In this document: positions 52,243 to 62,524 of the stretch, in pieces | Numbering within the stretch: the stretch's first letter is position 1 | Layout of the letters: every line of letters begins with the position of its first letter | Assembly (NCBI GenBank): GCA_039591655.1 | Contig: JBDHDE010000003.1 | Coordinates: forward strand, 15,093 to 79,092 | Source: Gemmatimonadota bacterium | GTDB lineage: Bacteria; Gemmatimonadota; Gemmatimonadetes; Gemmatimonadales; GWC2-71-9 | Length of the DNA: 64,000 nucleotides | Direction of reading: 5' to 3' | The notes under the pieces: model-generated | Database searches by the model: none | Seen by the model: only the letters and a program-made list of their open reading frames with translations | What the model was told of the DNA's origin: nothing | Made by a program: the position numbers and the translations under genes

Positions 52243-52657
52243 GAACGATCTTCCATGCGCCGTCGATACGCTGCAACACCAGGGTGAACGGGCCGCTACC
52301 GGTGATCGAGTCCCCCCGAAACAGTACGAAGCGTGCCGTGGCCAGGATGTAGTCGCTCCCCAACCCCCGGCCCGCCACGTTCTCGAACCGCAGGGAGTCC
52401 CGGTCGTTCCCCAGCTCCCACCACCGGGTGTAGTTGTCGTGGATCCACTCCCAACCATACTGTACCTGACCCCCGGCCATGAACGTCGTCGTCGAGTCAT
52501 GGGCGTAGTCCGAGACGAACGCCTCCAGATCGCCCCGATTCCATGCGTCCGCGGAGGCGCTGAGCAGGTCGGTGGCGCTCTGGCTGGGATTGTGGGGAGG
52601 GGTCTGGGGCGCAGCGCAGGCCGCGAGAATCAGTACTGGTGCAATCCAGAGCCTCAT
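52220..52657 (-). CDS. NTF2/SnoaL-like (DUF4440-type) lipoprotein
   Basis: LAAC lipobox, AWNRGDLEAF, FTLVL...DG.WKIVHDHTS. Confidence 0.85.
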   Translation of the reverse strand: MRLWIAPVLILAACAAPQTPPHNPSQSATDLLSASADAWNRGDLEAFVSDYAHDSTTTFMAGGQVQYGWEWIHDNYTRWWELGNDRDSLRFENVAGRGLGSDYILATARFVLFRGDSITGSGPFTLVLQRIDGAWKIVHDHTSSD

Positions 52658-52749
52658 ATTATTGGGCGCTCCCTGCTGGAGTGAGTCGAACGTAGCGGGC
52701 ACCCCTTGGAATGCAAGGGCGCGGGCACGCGTCTCGTGGGGGAATCCGG

Positions 52750-54564
52750 ATGGCCTATTTGAATATCGCGGACTACGGCGTGATCGGCGATCTGCGCACG
52801 GTTGCCCTGGTGGGCGTCGACGGCTCCATCGATTGGTGCTGCTTCCCGCGGTTCGACGGCCCCAGCCTGTTCGGCGCGCTGCTGGACTGTGAAAGGGGCG
52901 GGCGCTTCCGTGTCGGGGTGCCGGGAGCGGAACGGGGAAGGCAGCGCTACGTGCCCCGCACCGGAGTGCTCCAGACCGAGTTCACGCCCCCCGGGGGCGC
53001 AGCCGTAGTCACAGACTTCATGCCCATCGCCGCCGCGGGCCCGACTGCCCTCCAGGCCTCGGAGATCCACCGCCACGTGGTCTGCACCGATGGCTCGGTG
53101 GAAGTGGTGGTGACCCTCCAGCCGGGCTTCGACTACGCCGCCTCCTCGACGGTCATCTACAAGCGCCGCCATGGGCTCCTCGCCACCGACGGGATCGACG
53201 AGGCGGTGGCGCTGGCCACCTCGGAGGGCCTCGACTGGCGCTTCGCCGACGGGGTCGCGCAGGCCCACCATCGGCTCAGCGCCGGTGACTCGCTGGCCCT
53301 GGTCCTGCGCTACGACGAGGACGATGTGCGGCCCGTCGAGCACTACCTCACCGAGGATGCGCTGGCGGGCACCGTGAGCTACTGGCGGAGTTGGGCGGCG
53401 CGGCTGCGGTACCGCGGCGCGCACTCAGAGGTCGTGGAGCGCTCGGCGATCACCCTCAAGCTGCTGTGCTACGCTCGCTCCGGCGCGACCGTGGCCGCGG
53501 CGACGACATCACTCCCGGAGGTGATGGGTGGCGAGCGCAACTGGGACTACCGGTTCACATGGCTGCGGGACACGTGCTTCACACTCTACGCCTTCCACGT
53601 GTTGGGGCACCACGAGGAAGCGGATCACTTCATGCGGTTCGTCAAGCGCGTGTGCCGTCACAAGGGACGCCCACACCTCCAGATCATGTACGGCATCGAC
53701 GGCCGCCGCGAGCTCCCGGAATCGGAACTCGGCCACCTAGACGGCTATCGCGGGTCCCGCCCGGTGCGGGTGGGCAACGCCGCGGCCGACCAGCTCCAGC
53801 TCGACGTGTACGGGGAGGTGCTGGAGACGGCTTACCTGTGGGCGCGGTCCTTTGAGGTCACCGAGGGAACGTGGCAGGCGCTCCGCGAGCTGGTGGACTG
53901 GGTCGCCGAGCACTGGCGGCGCGAGGACTCGGGTATCTGGGAGCACCGCCACGACCTGCGCCACCACGTCTACTCCAAGGTCATGTGCTGGGTTGCGCTG
54001 GACCGCGGCGTGAAGCTGGCGACGGCGCACGGATTGGAGGGGGACGTGGCCCGGTGGCGCATCGAGGCCGATGCCTGCCGGGCCGAGGTATTGGCGCAGG
54101 GCTACTCGGAGGAGCTCGGCACCTTCGTCAGCGCGTACGGCGCCAGCGACCTGGACGCCGCGGCGCTGGTGATTCCCATGGTGGGTTTCCTGCACCGCAG
54201 CGACCCCAGGGTACGCAGCACCGTGCGGGCCGTCGCGCAGGACCTCACCACGCCCGACGGGTTGCTGGTGTATCGCTACCGCTCACCCGACGGACTGCGC
54301 GGTGAGGAAGGCGCGTTCTCCATCTGCACCTTCTGGCTCGCGCAGGCCCTCGCGATGGTCGGGGATTACGACAGCGGACTGCGAATCTTCGAGGAGATGC
54401 TCAGCCGCGCCAACCACGTGGGGCTGTACTCCGAGGAGATCGACCCCGCCACAGGCGAGTTCCTGGGGAACTTCCCGCAGGGTCTCACTCACATCGCGCT
54501 GATCAACTGCGCCCACGTGCTGGCGCGGCTGGACCCCTCGCGCGAGGACTCTGCAGAGCCCTAG
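52750..54564 (+). CDS. Glycoside hydrolase family 15 (trehalase-like)
   Basis: IADYGVIGD, DGSIDW.C.PRFD, TTSLPE..GGERNWDYR..WLRD, QLDVYGE, GIWE, LYSEE, GNFPQ..TH. Confidence 0.93.
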   Translation: MAYLNIADYGVIGDLRTVALVGVDGSIDWCCFPRFDGPSLFGALLDCERGGRFRVGVPGAERGRQRYVPRTGVLQTEFTPPGGAAVVTDFMPIAAAGPTALQASEIHRHVVCTDGSVEVVVTLQPGFDYAASSTVIYKRRHGLLATDGIDEAVALATSEGLDWRFADGVAQAHHRLSAGDSLALVLRYDEDDVRPVEHYLTEDALAGTVSYWRSWAARLRYRGAHSEVVERSAITLKLLCYARSGATVAAATTSLPEVMGGERNWDYRFTWLRDTCFTLYAFHVLGHHEEADHFMRFVKRVCRHKGRPHLQIMYGIDGRRELPESELGHLDGYRGSRPVRVGNAAADQLQLDVYGEVLETAYLWARSFEVTEGTWQALRELVDWVAEHWRREDSGIWEHRHDLRHHVYSKVMCWVALDRGVKLATAHGLEGDVARWRIEADACRAEVLAQGYSEELGTFVSAYGASDLDAAALVIPMVGFLHRSDPRVRSTVRAVAQDLTTPDGLLVYRYRSPDGLRGEEGAFSICTFWLAQALAMVGDYDSGLRIFEEMLSRANHVGLYSEEIDPATGEFLGNFPQGLTHIALINCAHVLARLDPSREDSAEP

Positions 54565-54962
54565 CGCTTCTTTGCTCGCCCGGCCTTCTTCTTAGGCCGC
54601 TTCTTGGCCTTCTTCTTGGGCCGCTTCTTGGCCTTCTTCTTGGCGGGCTTCTTGGCCTTCTTCTTCACCCGCCGCTTCACTGCCTTCTTCTTCTTGGCCT
54701 TCTTCTTGGCGGGCTTCTTGGCCTTCTTCTTCGCCTTCACCGGCTTTTTCTTCGCCGGCTTCTTCGGGGCGGCCTTCTTGGGTGGCGCCTTCTCGGCGGC
54801 TCCAGCAGCGGGCTCCGCCGGGGGCGTCACCGGCTCCGGCCGCGACCAGATGAGCTCGCCTGGCTCGGGTTCCGAAGGCGGCTGGGGCGGGGGGGTCAGC
54901 GGCATGGGATCCCACATCCCCGGTCCGCCGGGACCACCGCCGTAGGGGTCGGATGTCGTCAT
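54561..54962 (-). CDS. Pro-rich/Lys-Ala-rich histone-H1-like protein
   Basis: GGAGGGAG RBS; C-terminal half of KKPAKKKAKK repeats encoded almost wholly by AAG/GCC. Confidence 0.72.
   Translation of the reverse strand: MTTSDPYGGGPGGPGMWDPMPLTPPPQPPSEPEPGELIWSRPEPVTPPAEPAAGAAEKAPPKKAAPKKPAKKKPVKAKKKAKKPAKKKAKKKKAVKRRVKKKAKKPAKKKAKKRPKKKAKKRPKKKAGRAKKR
54624..54732. repeat. 43-bp exact direct repeat (54624-54666, 54690-54732) within Lys-rich CDS
   Basis: CTTCTTGGCCTTCTTCTTGGCGGGCTTCTTGGCCTTCTTCTTC twice, 66 nt apart. Confidence 0.85.
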
Positions 54963-55084
54963 TGGCGCTCCCTCCGGTGAGTAGCTATATGCCGCATTAT
55001 AGTTTTTCCGGATGTCCCCGATGCGCAAGAGCCCGCACCAAGGTCGGCGGATCCGAGGTCACGGCAGAAACGCGATAGCTCGGC

Positions 55085-55114
55085 TTGACACCACTCGGCG
55101 GCGCGGCTTACGTT
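55085..55114 (+). promoter_or_regulatory. Candidate sigma70 promoter
   Basis: TTGACA-18-TACGTT upstream of ATG 55172. Confidence 0.55.
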
Positions 55115-55171
55115 GGCCCCATATCTTCTACTCTGAACACGACTTACGGGCATTCAAGGGGTACTGAGCCC

Positions 55172-57388
55172 ATGCTGCAGAGAACACGGGTTGCCGCGGC
55201 GGCCCTGGCCGGTGTGCTGACGGCCGCGCCGACGGAATTGGCGGCGCAGGCCGTGGCATCGCTGGACGTGCTTCCACCCGCCGTTACCCTGGCGGTGGGC
55301 CAGCGGGAGGAAGTCCTGGCCACGGCGTACGACCGCGACGGCGACGTCGCCAACACCCGGTTCCAGTGGACCAGCAGGGCGCCGGGCGTGGTGCGGATCG
55401 AGGAGGACCCGGGGCTGCCGGGGGCGGCATTCCTCATTGGCGTGGGCGCCGGAACAGGCCTTGTGGAGGTCCGGGCGGGGGAGCTCACCAAGACGGTCTC
55501 GGTCACGGTCACCAGCGGCGCCCTGGTGGGGCCGACGGGTACGGGCGTGGCCACGGTGCTCCAGATCGAGCCCACCCGTGTGTACCTCTTCCCCGCGGAG
55601 GACCGGCAACTCAGGCTGCTGTTCCTCAAGGACGACCGCACGCCGGCGACCGCGACCCCCGTCACCTGGCGCTCGTTCCGACCGGAGGTCGCCACGGTGG
55701 ACGGCACCGGCAGGGTCGTGGGGATCGCGCCGGGAACGGGTCTCATCGAAGCCTCTACCGCCGCGGGGCTGCTACGCCGTGTGCAGGTGGAGGTGGCCGT
55801 GGCCGATTGGGCCTTCGGGGATCCCGTGGTAGCCCTGTCCCCCGCCATGTCCGATTCGGTCCGGGTGGTGGTGCCTACCCAGAGCAACCGGCCCGTGGAT
55901 CCCGGTGCGCTCACCTGGTCCACCTCCAACCCCAACATCGTCACCGTCTCGCGACGCGGGGTGGCCACGGCCATCTCCGGCGGGCGGGCCGAGATCGGGG
56001 CCAGCGGCTTCGGGCAGGAGCGACGGGTCCCGGTTATGGTGCACCGGGAGGTGTTCGGGGTGAACGTTCAGAAGCCGCGGGGGGACACCGTCGTCGTGCC
56101 CCTCGGCGGCGGCATCACGTTCAAGGCCACGGCCGTGGACGCCAATGATGCAGCGGTGCCGGAGGCGCCCATCATCTGGGTGGTGGGAGACACCTCCGTG
56201 ATCACTTACAGCACCGCCGACACCGCAGTGGTCGGAAGGGGCATCGGCACGACGTCGTTCGGTGTGCGGGCCCCCGGCGGAGTGGAGCGGTTCTGGACCG
56301 TCCGGGTGGTGGCGGCCGGTCTCGTACTGGTGTCAGACCGGCTGGGGCTCGGGCTGCATGATCGTGTCACCCTGCAGGCTCGCTTCGCCGACGAGCTGGG
56401 TGCTGCCCTTGCCCCCGCCACCGATGTGAGGTGGAGCTCCTCCGACGCTGCCGTCGTGCAGGTGGACGAGAATGGCACTTTGACGCCGGTCGCGGTGGGG
56501 CGGGCCAGGGTGGCGGCCCGTACGCCGTGGGGCAACGCGGATACTGCCACGGTGTTCGTGCAGGGGGAGATCCTGGTTGCATCCAACCGGTCCGGTTCGG
56601 CGGACATCTACGCGTTGGAGCGCGACGCCCCGGACCAGCTCCAACGGCTGACGCAGACCGAATACGGCGAGTACTCGCCCGCCTATTCCCCCGATGGCTC
56701 CAGGATCGCGTTCGTGGGCAACCGGGAGGGCAACTTCGACATCTTCGTGATGGACGCCGACGGCTCGAACGAGCAGCAGCTCACCAACACGGAGGCCAGC
56801 GAGCAGGATCCCGCGTGGACGCCCGACGGGAGCCGGATCGTCTACTACTCCGATGCCGGCGGCACACCGCAGATCTGGATCATGAACGCCGACGGCACCG
56901 AGCCGCGACAGCTCACCACAGGCGAGGCCATCAACCTACAGCCGGCCGTCTCCCCTGACGGAGGGACCATCGCCTTCACGTCGGCGCGGGACGGCAACTA
57001 CGAGATTTACCTCATGGGGCTGGACGGCTCGAACCAGCGCAACGTCACCAACTCGGCCGCCCCCATCAACGAGAACGTCCCCGAGTGGGTGAACGACAGC
57101 GTGGTGGCCTTCGTGCGGGAGGATCGCCGCGGGCGCAGCACGACGCGGATCGTAGTGGGTATGCATCTAGGGGGCGAGATGGTGGCACTGACGCAGGCGC
57201 AGTTCATGGTCACCAACTTCGCCGTATCGAAGACCGGCGACATGCTCGCCGCGGTCGTGGCCACGCCTGGGTCCGGCGGACGCAGCGCCCAGCGGATCAT
57301 CCTGCTGCCCGTAGGCGAGGGCGCCCCCATCGAGGTGCCGCTGGTCGGCGAACGGGAGCAGATGGCCACACCGGCCTTCCGCCGATGA
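55172..57388 (+). CDS. Secreted protein with Ig-like (Big_2) repeats and TolB-like PD40 propeller
   Basis: Signal peptide; repeated W.S..P.V.TV...G motifs; repeats PAYSPDGSRIAF, PAWTPDGSRIVY, PAVSPDGGTIAF. Confidence 0.88.
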   Translation: MLQRTRVAAAALAGVLTAAPTELAAQAVASLDVLPPAVTLAVGQREEVLATAYDRDGDVANTRFQWTSRAPGVVRIEEDPGLPGAAFLIGVGAGTGLVEVRAGELTKTVSVTVTSGALVGPTGTGVATVLQIEPTRVYLFPAEDRQLRLLFLKDDRTPATATPVTWRSFRPEVATVDGTGRVVGIAPGTGLIEASTAAGLLRRVQVEVAVADWAFGDPVVALSPAMSDSVRVVVPTQSNRPVDPGALTWSTSNPNIVTVSRRGVATAISGGRAEIGASGFGQERRVPVMVHREVFGVNVQKPRGDTVVVPLGGGITFKATAVDANDAAVPEAPIIWVVGDTSVITYSTADTAVVGRGIGTTSFGVRAPGGVERFWTVRVVAAGLVLVSDRLGLGLHDRVTLQARFADELGAALAPATDVRWSSSDAAVVQVDENGTLTPVAVGRARVAARTPWGNADTATVFVQGEILVASNRSGSADIYALERDAPDQLQRLTQTEYGEYSPAYSPDGSRIAFVGNREGNFDIFVMDADGSNEQQLTNTEASEQDPAWTPDGSRIVYYSDAGGTPQIWIMNADGTEPRQLTTGEAINLQPAVSPDGGTIAFTSARDGNYEIYLMGLDGSNQRNVTNSAAPINENVPEWVNDSVVAFVREDRRGRSTTRIVVGMHLGGEMVALTQAQFMVTNFAVSKTGDMLAAVVATPGSGGRSAQRIILLPVGEGAPIEVPLVGEREQMATPAFRR

Positions 57389-57446
57389 TGGGCGCGGGCG
57401 GCCCCCCGGCCGCCCGCGACGCCATCCACGATCCGGTGAGACCATC

Positions 57447-58496
57447 ATGAGAGCACTCGTCATACACGGGCACGGCGACCTGTCGCGCGTCGCGGTCGCC
57501 GAAGTGCCCGCCCCCCAGGTAACGTACGGCGGCGACGTCCTGGTGCGGCTCCGGGCGGGTGCCCTCAACCACCTCGATCTTTGGACCCTGCGGGGGCTGC
57601 CCGGGCTCTCCCTCTCGTTTCCCCATATTCTGGGCGGAGACGGTGCGGGTGTGGTGGAGGAGGTGGGGGCGGACGTCACCCATGTTCGGTCCGGTGACCG
57701 GGTGATGTTCAACCCCGGTATCTCCTGCTACCACTGTGACTACTGCCTGGGAGGGGAGCACTCCCTCTGTCCCAAGTACCGGCTGCTGGGGGAGCACCTG
57801 CCGGGCACCCTGGCCGAGTTCATCGTGGTGCCGCATCAGAACGTGGTGCCGGTTCCCACGCCACCACCGCCACATGCGGAGCTCTCCTGGCCCGAGGCGG
57901 CGGCATTCTCTTTGGTCACCCTCACGGCGTGGCGCATGCTGGTTACACGGGCGCAGGTCCGACCCGGGGAGACCGTGCTCGTCTGGGGGATCGGCGGCGG
58001 GCTGGCTGGGACCGCCGTCAAAGTCGCCAAGCTCGCCGGCGCCCGGGTCATTGCCACCTCCTCCAGCGACGAGAAGCTCGAGGCCGCGCGGCGGCTCGGG
58101 GCGGACCACACCATCAATCACGCCACCCAGGACGTGGTGCACGAGGTGCGGGCCCTCACGGGAGGGGGCGGGGTGGAGGTGGTAGTGGAGAACGTGGGAG
58201 AAGCCACCTGGGACCAGTCCCTGCAGGTACTGGGCCGGGGCGGCCGCCTCGTGACGTGCGGGGCCACGACGGGGGCGCGGGTTAATCTCGACATCCGCCG
58301 GCTGTTCTGGCACCACTGGACCATCATGGGCTCCACCATGGGGAGCCACCGGGATTACGAGGAGGTGGTGCGGCTCCTGGGCCAGGGGCAGCTGCGACCC
58401 ACCGTCGACTCGACGTACCCCCTGAGCGACGGCGTCGAGGCCCTGCGCCGCATGCAGGATGGTGGTCAGATGGGGAAGATCGTGGTGGAGATCTGA
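57447..58496 (+). CDS. Zinc-binding (MDR) dehydrogenase
   Basis: LNHLD, PHILGGDGAG, CYHCDYC.......C structural Zn site, TCGATTG, GSTMG. Confidence 0.92.
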   Translation: MRALVIHGHGDLSRVAVAEVPAPQVTYGGDVLVRLRAGALNHLDLWTLRGLPGLSLSFPHILGGDGAGVVEEVGADVTHVRSGDRVMFNPGISCYHCDYCLGGEHSLCPKYRLLGEHLPGTLAEFIVVPHQNVVPVPTPPPPHAELSWPEAAAFSLVTLTAWRMLVTRAQVRPGETVLVWGIGGGLAGTAVKVAKLAGARVIATSSSDEKLEAARRLGADHTINHATQDVVHEVRALTGGGGVEVVVENVGEATWDQSLQVLGRGGRLVTCGATTGARVNLDIRRLFWHHWTIMGSTMGSHRDYEEVVRLLGQGQLRPTVDSTYPLSDGVEALRRMQDGGQMGKIVVEI

Positions 58497-58530
58497 GAAG
58501 CAGTGGCTGATCCTGCGGGTGTCCGGCGGG

Positions 58531-58764
58531 CTACCCCTCTCTGCTGAGCAGGACGGTCTCGGCACCGGGGCCGAAGGCCGGTCCAGCGCTGATTGAGGCC
58601 ACGACTCCCACGTAGCGGCCCCGCTCATCGAACAGCACGACGCCCGTCTCGGTGCGCACGGTCCTCGCACCCGAGGCCCGGCACGGCAGGCGCCGGCTCC
58701 AGGGGATCAGCGCAGGACGCGCTCCGGTAATCGATCGGGTTGCAGTGCTGGCGGCTCGAACCAT
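58531..58764 (-). CDS. Small hypothetical protein (77 aa)
   Basis: GGGAGG upstream of ATG; VLFDERGRYVGVV beta-hairpin-like segment; fills intergenic gap. Confidence 0.4.
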   Translation of the reverse strand: MVRAASTATRSITGARPALIPWSRRLPCRASGARTVRTETGVVLFDERGRYVGVVASISAGPAFGPGAETVLLSREG

Positions 58765-58959
58765 CGGCTAGGTGCCTCCCTCTCACTCACTACGGATGTG
58801 GTACCCCCCAGGTTCGGATGCCTTCCCACGGCCTCCAATGATTGGATGCACCGAGCGTGACAACGGTTGCGGCGGCGGCCGCTCCAGAACGGAACTTCCG
58901 TGGTCTTTAAGAATCCCGCAAAGCATTGTCGAAGAAGGGGTTACGGGGCTAGCGACCCG

Positions 58960-58988
58960 TTGATTTCACCCTTGGGACCGGGTATATT
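58960..58988 (+). promoter_or_regulatory. Candidate gyrA sigma70 promoter
   Basis: TTGATT-17-TATATT. Confidence 0.65.
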
Positions 58989-59042
58989 GGAAGGACCTCG
59001 GACGGGGTCGCACGCGGCCCCGTCTTTCGTATCTCAGACGGA

Positions 59043-61547
59043 ATGGAAATGACGGCACCGAACCAGCGCGAGCGCATCCTTCCCCGGCTCATCGAAGACG
59101 AGATGAAGGAGTCCTTCATCGACTACTCGATGAGCGTCATCGTCCAGCGCGCCCTGCCGGACGTCCGTGACGGCCTCAAGCCCGTGCACCGGCGTATCCT
59201 CCACGCCATGAACGAGGCGGGTCTCCAGCCGGGACGACCGTACAAGAAGAGCGCGACCGTGGTGGGAGACGTGCTCGGCAAGTACCACCCGCACGGTGAC
59301 ATGGCGGTGTACGACTCGCTCGTGCGGATGGTACAGGATTTCTCGCTGCGGTACCCGCTGGTGGACGGCCAGGGGAACTTCGGCTCCATCGACGGCGACA
59401 GCGCGGCGGCCTATCGGTACACCGAGGCACGGCTGTCACAGCTGGCGGTGGCGATGTTGGATGACATCGATAGGAACACAGTCGAGTTCATCCCCAACTT
59501 CGACGACCGGCTGGAAGAGCCGACGGTGCTCCCGTCCAGGCTGCCCAACCTCCTGGTCAACGGGTCGTCGGGCATCGCGGTGGGCATGGCCACCAACGTC
59601 CCGCCGCACAATCTGGCCGAGGTCGCCGGGGCGGTGAAGCACCTCATCGACGATCCCCAGTGCGAGGTCGCCGATCTGCGCCAGCACATCCAGGGGCCGG
59701 ACTTCCCCACCGGCGGGTTCATTTACGGACAGGACGGTATCGCCGAGTGCTACAACACCGGCCGCGGCCGCATCGTCATGCGCGCCCGGGCGCTCGTCGA
59801 GGCAAAGCAGTCGGGCAGGGAGCAGATCGTAATCACCGAGATCCCGTTCCAGGTCAACAAGACCCGCCTCATCGAGCAGATCGCAGACCTGGTGCGCCAC
59901 AAGAGGGTCACGGACGTCTCCGATCTGCGGGACGAGTCGGACCGGGACGGCATGCGGGTCGTGGTGGAGCTGAAGCGGGACGCCAACCCCAAGGTGGTCC
60001 TGAACCAGCTCTACAAGCATACGCAGATGCAGACCACCTTCGGCGCGATCATGCTGGCGCTGGTGGACGGGCAACCGCGGGTGCTCGATCTGAAGCAGTT
60101 GCTGCAGCACTTCGTGGACCACCGCCACGAGGTGATCACCCGCAGGACGGAGTTCGAGCTCGGCCAGGCCGAGGCCCGGGAGCACATCCTCGAGGGCCTC
60201 AAGATCGCCGTCGACAGCATCGACGAGGTCGTGAAGATCATCCGCAAGGCGAAGGATGTGCCCTCGGCGGACAAGGCGTTGCGCACGCGGTTCGAGCTCT
60301 CGGAGAAGCAGAGCGAGGCGATCCTCAACATGCGGCTCGCCCGGCTCACCGCGTTGGAGATCGGCAAGCTCGATGAGGAGCTCGAGCAGCTCGGCAAGCT
60401 GATCAAGGACCTCAAGAGCATGTTGGCGTCGAAGAAGAAGCGGATGACGCTGCTCAAGAAGGAACTCGACCAGCTGGTCCAAAAGCACGGCGACGACCGG
60501 CGGACGGAGATCGTGGCGGAACAGGGCGATTTCTCGGTGGAGGATCTCATCGCCGAGGAGGACATGGTCGTGACCATCTCGCACTCCGGCTACATCAAGC
60601 GCATTCCGGTGACGACGTACCGTCGTCAACGGCGCGGCGGCCGGGGCCTCAACGGGATGGGGACGAAGGACGATGACTGGGTGGAGCACCTGTTCATCGC
60701 GTCGACGCACGACTACGTGCTGTTCTTCACGGACAGCGGCCAGCTGTACTGGCTCAAGGTGTACGACATTCCCCAAGGCGGGCGTGCGGCCCGCGGCAAG
60801 CCCATCGTTAACCTGATCAAGATCCAGTCCACCGAGCGGATCACCGCGTTCGTGTCGGTCCGGGAGTTCACGGAAGAGCGCAACCTGATGTTCGCCACGG
60901 CCAACGGGATGGTGAAGAAGACGAGCCTGGCGGCCTACGGGAACCCGCGGAGCAACGGGATCAACGCCATCAACATCGAGAAGGGTGACGAGCTCATCGA
61001 GGTGATGCTCACCGACGGCACGAACGACGTCGTCCTGGCGACCAGCCACGGGATGAGCATCCGCTTCTCCGAGAAGGACGCCCGCGAGATGGGCCGAGCC
61101 ACCAGCGGCGTCCGCGGGATCCAGCTCGAAAAGGGGGACCGGGTGATCGGGATGGTGGTCATCCGGCGCGACGCCACGCTGTTGGTGGTGTCGGAGAACG
61201 GGCTCGGCAAGCGCTCTCTTCTCGGGGACTATCGCGTGCAGAGGCGGGGCGGAAAGGGCATCATCACGCTGAAGCGCAGCGAGAAGACCGGTGACGTGGT
61301 GGCCCTGAAAGAGGTGCTCCCCGACGATGAGCTGATGATGGTGACGCGCCACGGCGTGATCATCCGGGTCTCCGTCGAGGGCATCCGCGTCATCGGCCGC
61401 AACACGCAGGGTGTCAAGGTGATGAACCTGGACGAGGGTGACACGTTGATGGACGTGGCGCGTGTCGTGCGGGAGGACGCGGACGTCGAGGAGCCGGCCG
61501 CCGAGGTCGTAGCTCAGGGCCGCGATCAGCGGGAGATGGAGCTGTAA
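59043..61547 (+). CDS. gyrA: DNA gyrase subunit A
   Basis: [31 protein letters not shown] catalytic Tyr, GyrA-box QRRGGRG, C-terminal pinwheel repeats, acidic tail. Confidence 0.97.
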   Translation: MEMTAPNQRERILPRLIEDEMKESFIDYSMSVIVQRALPDVRDGLKPVHRRILHAMNEAGLQPGRPYKKSATVVGDVLGKYHPHGDMAVYDSLVRMVQDFSLRYPLVDGQGNFGSIDGDSAAAYRYTEARLSQLAVAMLDDIDRNTVEFIPNFDDRLEEPTVLPSRLPNLLVNGSSGIAVGMATNVPPHNLAEVAGAVKHLIDDPQCEVADLRQHIQGPDFPTGGFIYGQDGIAECYNTGRGRIVMRARALVEAKQSGREQIVITEIPFQVNKTRLIEQIADLVRHKRVTDVSDLRDESDRDGMRVVVELKRDANPKVVLNQLYKHTQMQTTFGAIMLALVDGQPRVLDLKQLLQHFVDHRHEVITRRTEFELGQAEAREHILEGLKIAVDSIDEVVKIIRKAKDVPSADKALRTRFELSEKQSEAILNMRLARLTALEIGKLDEELEQLGKLIKDLKSMLASKKKRMTLLKKELDQLVQKHGDDRRTEIVAEQGDFSVEDLIAEEDMVVTISHSGYIKRIPVTTYRRQRRGGRGLNGMGTKDDDWVEHLFIASTHDYVLFFTDSGQLYWLKVYDIPQGGRAARGKPIVNLIKIQSTERITAFVSVREFTEERNLMFATANGMVKKTSLAAYGNPRSNGINAINIEKGDELIEVMLTDGTNDVVLATSHGMSIRFSEKDAREMGRATSGVRGIQLEKGDRVIGMVVIRRDATLLVVSENGLGKRSLLGDYRVQRRGGKGIITLKRSEKTGDVVALKEVLPDDELMMVTRHGVIIRVSVEGIRVIGRNTQGVKVMNLDEGDTLMDVARVVREDADVEEPAAEVVAQGRDQREMEL

Positions 61548-61564
61548 CGATCGACGAGCCCCCT

Positions 61565-62512
61565 TTGGTGTCGCTGGAGGACATCCGCGAAGCCGCCCGT
61601 GGGCTCGTGGGGGTAGCGGTGCGGACGCGGCTGATGCCGGCACCGGCCCTCTCCGAGCGCGCAGGCGTTCCCATCTACCTAAAGCTCGAGAACGAGCAGC
61701 CCACCGGTGCGTTCAAGCTCCGGGGGGCGTGGACGTTCGCGCGGAGGCTTCCGGACGAGGCCCGCGACCGCGGCGTGATCACGTACTCCAGCGGCAATCA
61801 CGGCCAGGCGGTGGCGTTCGTGGCCCAGCGTCTTGGTATCCGCGCCGTGATCGTGATGCCGGAAACGGTGCCTGCGGTGAAGGTGGACGGCGTGAAGCGC
61901 TGGGGTGGCGAGGTGGAGTTCGCCGGGACGACCTCTGAGGACCGTTACGCGTTGGCCATGGTGCTGTCCGAGCGGGAAGGACTGGCGGTCATCCCACCGT
62001 TCGACCACCCAAACATCATCGCCGGACAGGGCACGGTGGGGCTGGAGATCCTCGAGGAGCTTCCCGATGTGGCACACGTCACGGTCCCGGTCGGTGGAGG
62101 AGGGCTGATTGCAGGCATCACTACTGCCGTGAAAGCCCTGAAGCCGGAGGCGCATATCACCGGTGTCGAGCCTGAGGGTGGGGCGACGTTGACTGCCGCC
62201 CTCGCGGCCGGACGCCCGGTCCGGTTGGAGCGCACCGACAGCATTGCTGACGGTCTGCTGCCTCTCTCCGTGGGCGCCGTCACCTTCCGGCACTTGAGGG
62301 GGTGTGTGGACACCGTCACGGTCTCGGAGAGCGCCATCGCCGAGGCCACCGTCTGGCTGCACCGGGAGCAGGGCGTGCCGGCGGAGCCGTCGGGCGCGGC
62401 CACCACCGCCGCTCTGCGCGACGGCGCCTTCACCCCACAGGGCCCCAGCGTGCTCGTCGTGAGCGGGGGGAACATAGACCCCTCGCGCATCGAAGCACTG
62501 GCGCAGAGCTAG
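61565..62512 (+). CDS. PLP-dependent serine/threonine dehydratase family
   Basis: KLENEQPTGAFKLRGA, SSGNHGQ, GQGTVGLE, VGGGGLI, EPSGA, VSGGN; no ACT domain. Confidence 0.92.
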   Translation: MVSLEDIREAARGLVGVAVRTRLMPAPALSERAGVPIYLKLENEQPTGAFKLRGAWTFARRLPDEARDRGVITYSSGNHGQAVAFVAQRLGIRAVIVMPETVPAVKVDGVKRWGGEVEFAGTTSEDRYALAMVLSEREGLAVIPPFDHPNIIAGQGTVGLEILEELPDVAHVTVPVGGGGLIAGITTAVKALKPEAHITGVEPEGGATLTAALAAGRPVRLERTDSIADGLLPLSVGAVTFRHLRGCVDTVTVSESAIAEATVWLHREQGVPAEPSGAATTAALRDGAFTPQGPSVLVVSGGNIDPSRIEALAQS

Positions 62513-62524
62513 CGACGCACCATC

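Noticed and set aside
48806..52287. Very long alternative ORFs (893 aa minus, 788 aa plus)
   Set aside because: Arg/Gly/Pro-rich off-frame or antisense products overlapping well-supported amidohydrolase genes; typical of high-GC DNA
54565..54790. CRISPR array or satellite; Phe-rich + strand membrane ORF (54604-54945)
   Set aside because: Repeats are Lys/Ala codon runs without unique spacers; the Phe-rich ORF is their antisense reading
59436..61643. 735-aa minus-strand ORF
   Set aside because: Antisense shadow of gyrA
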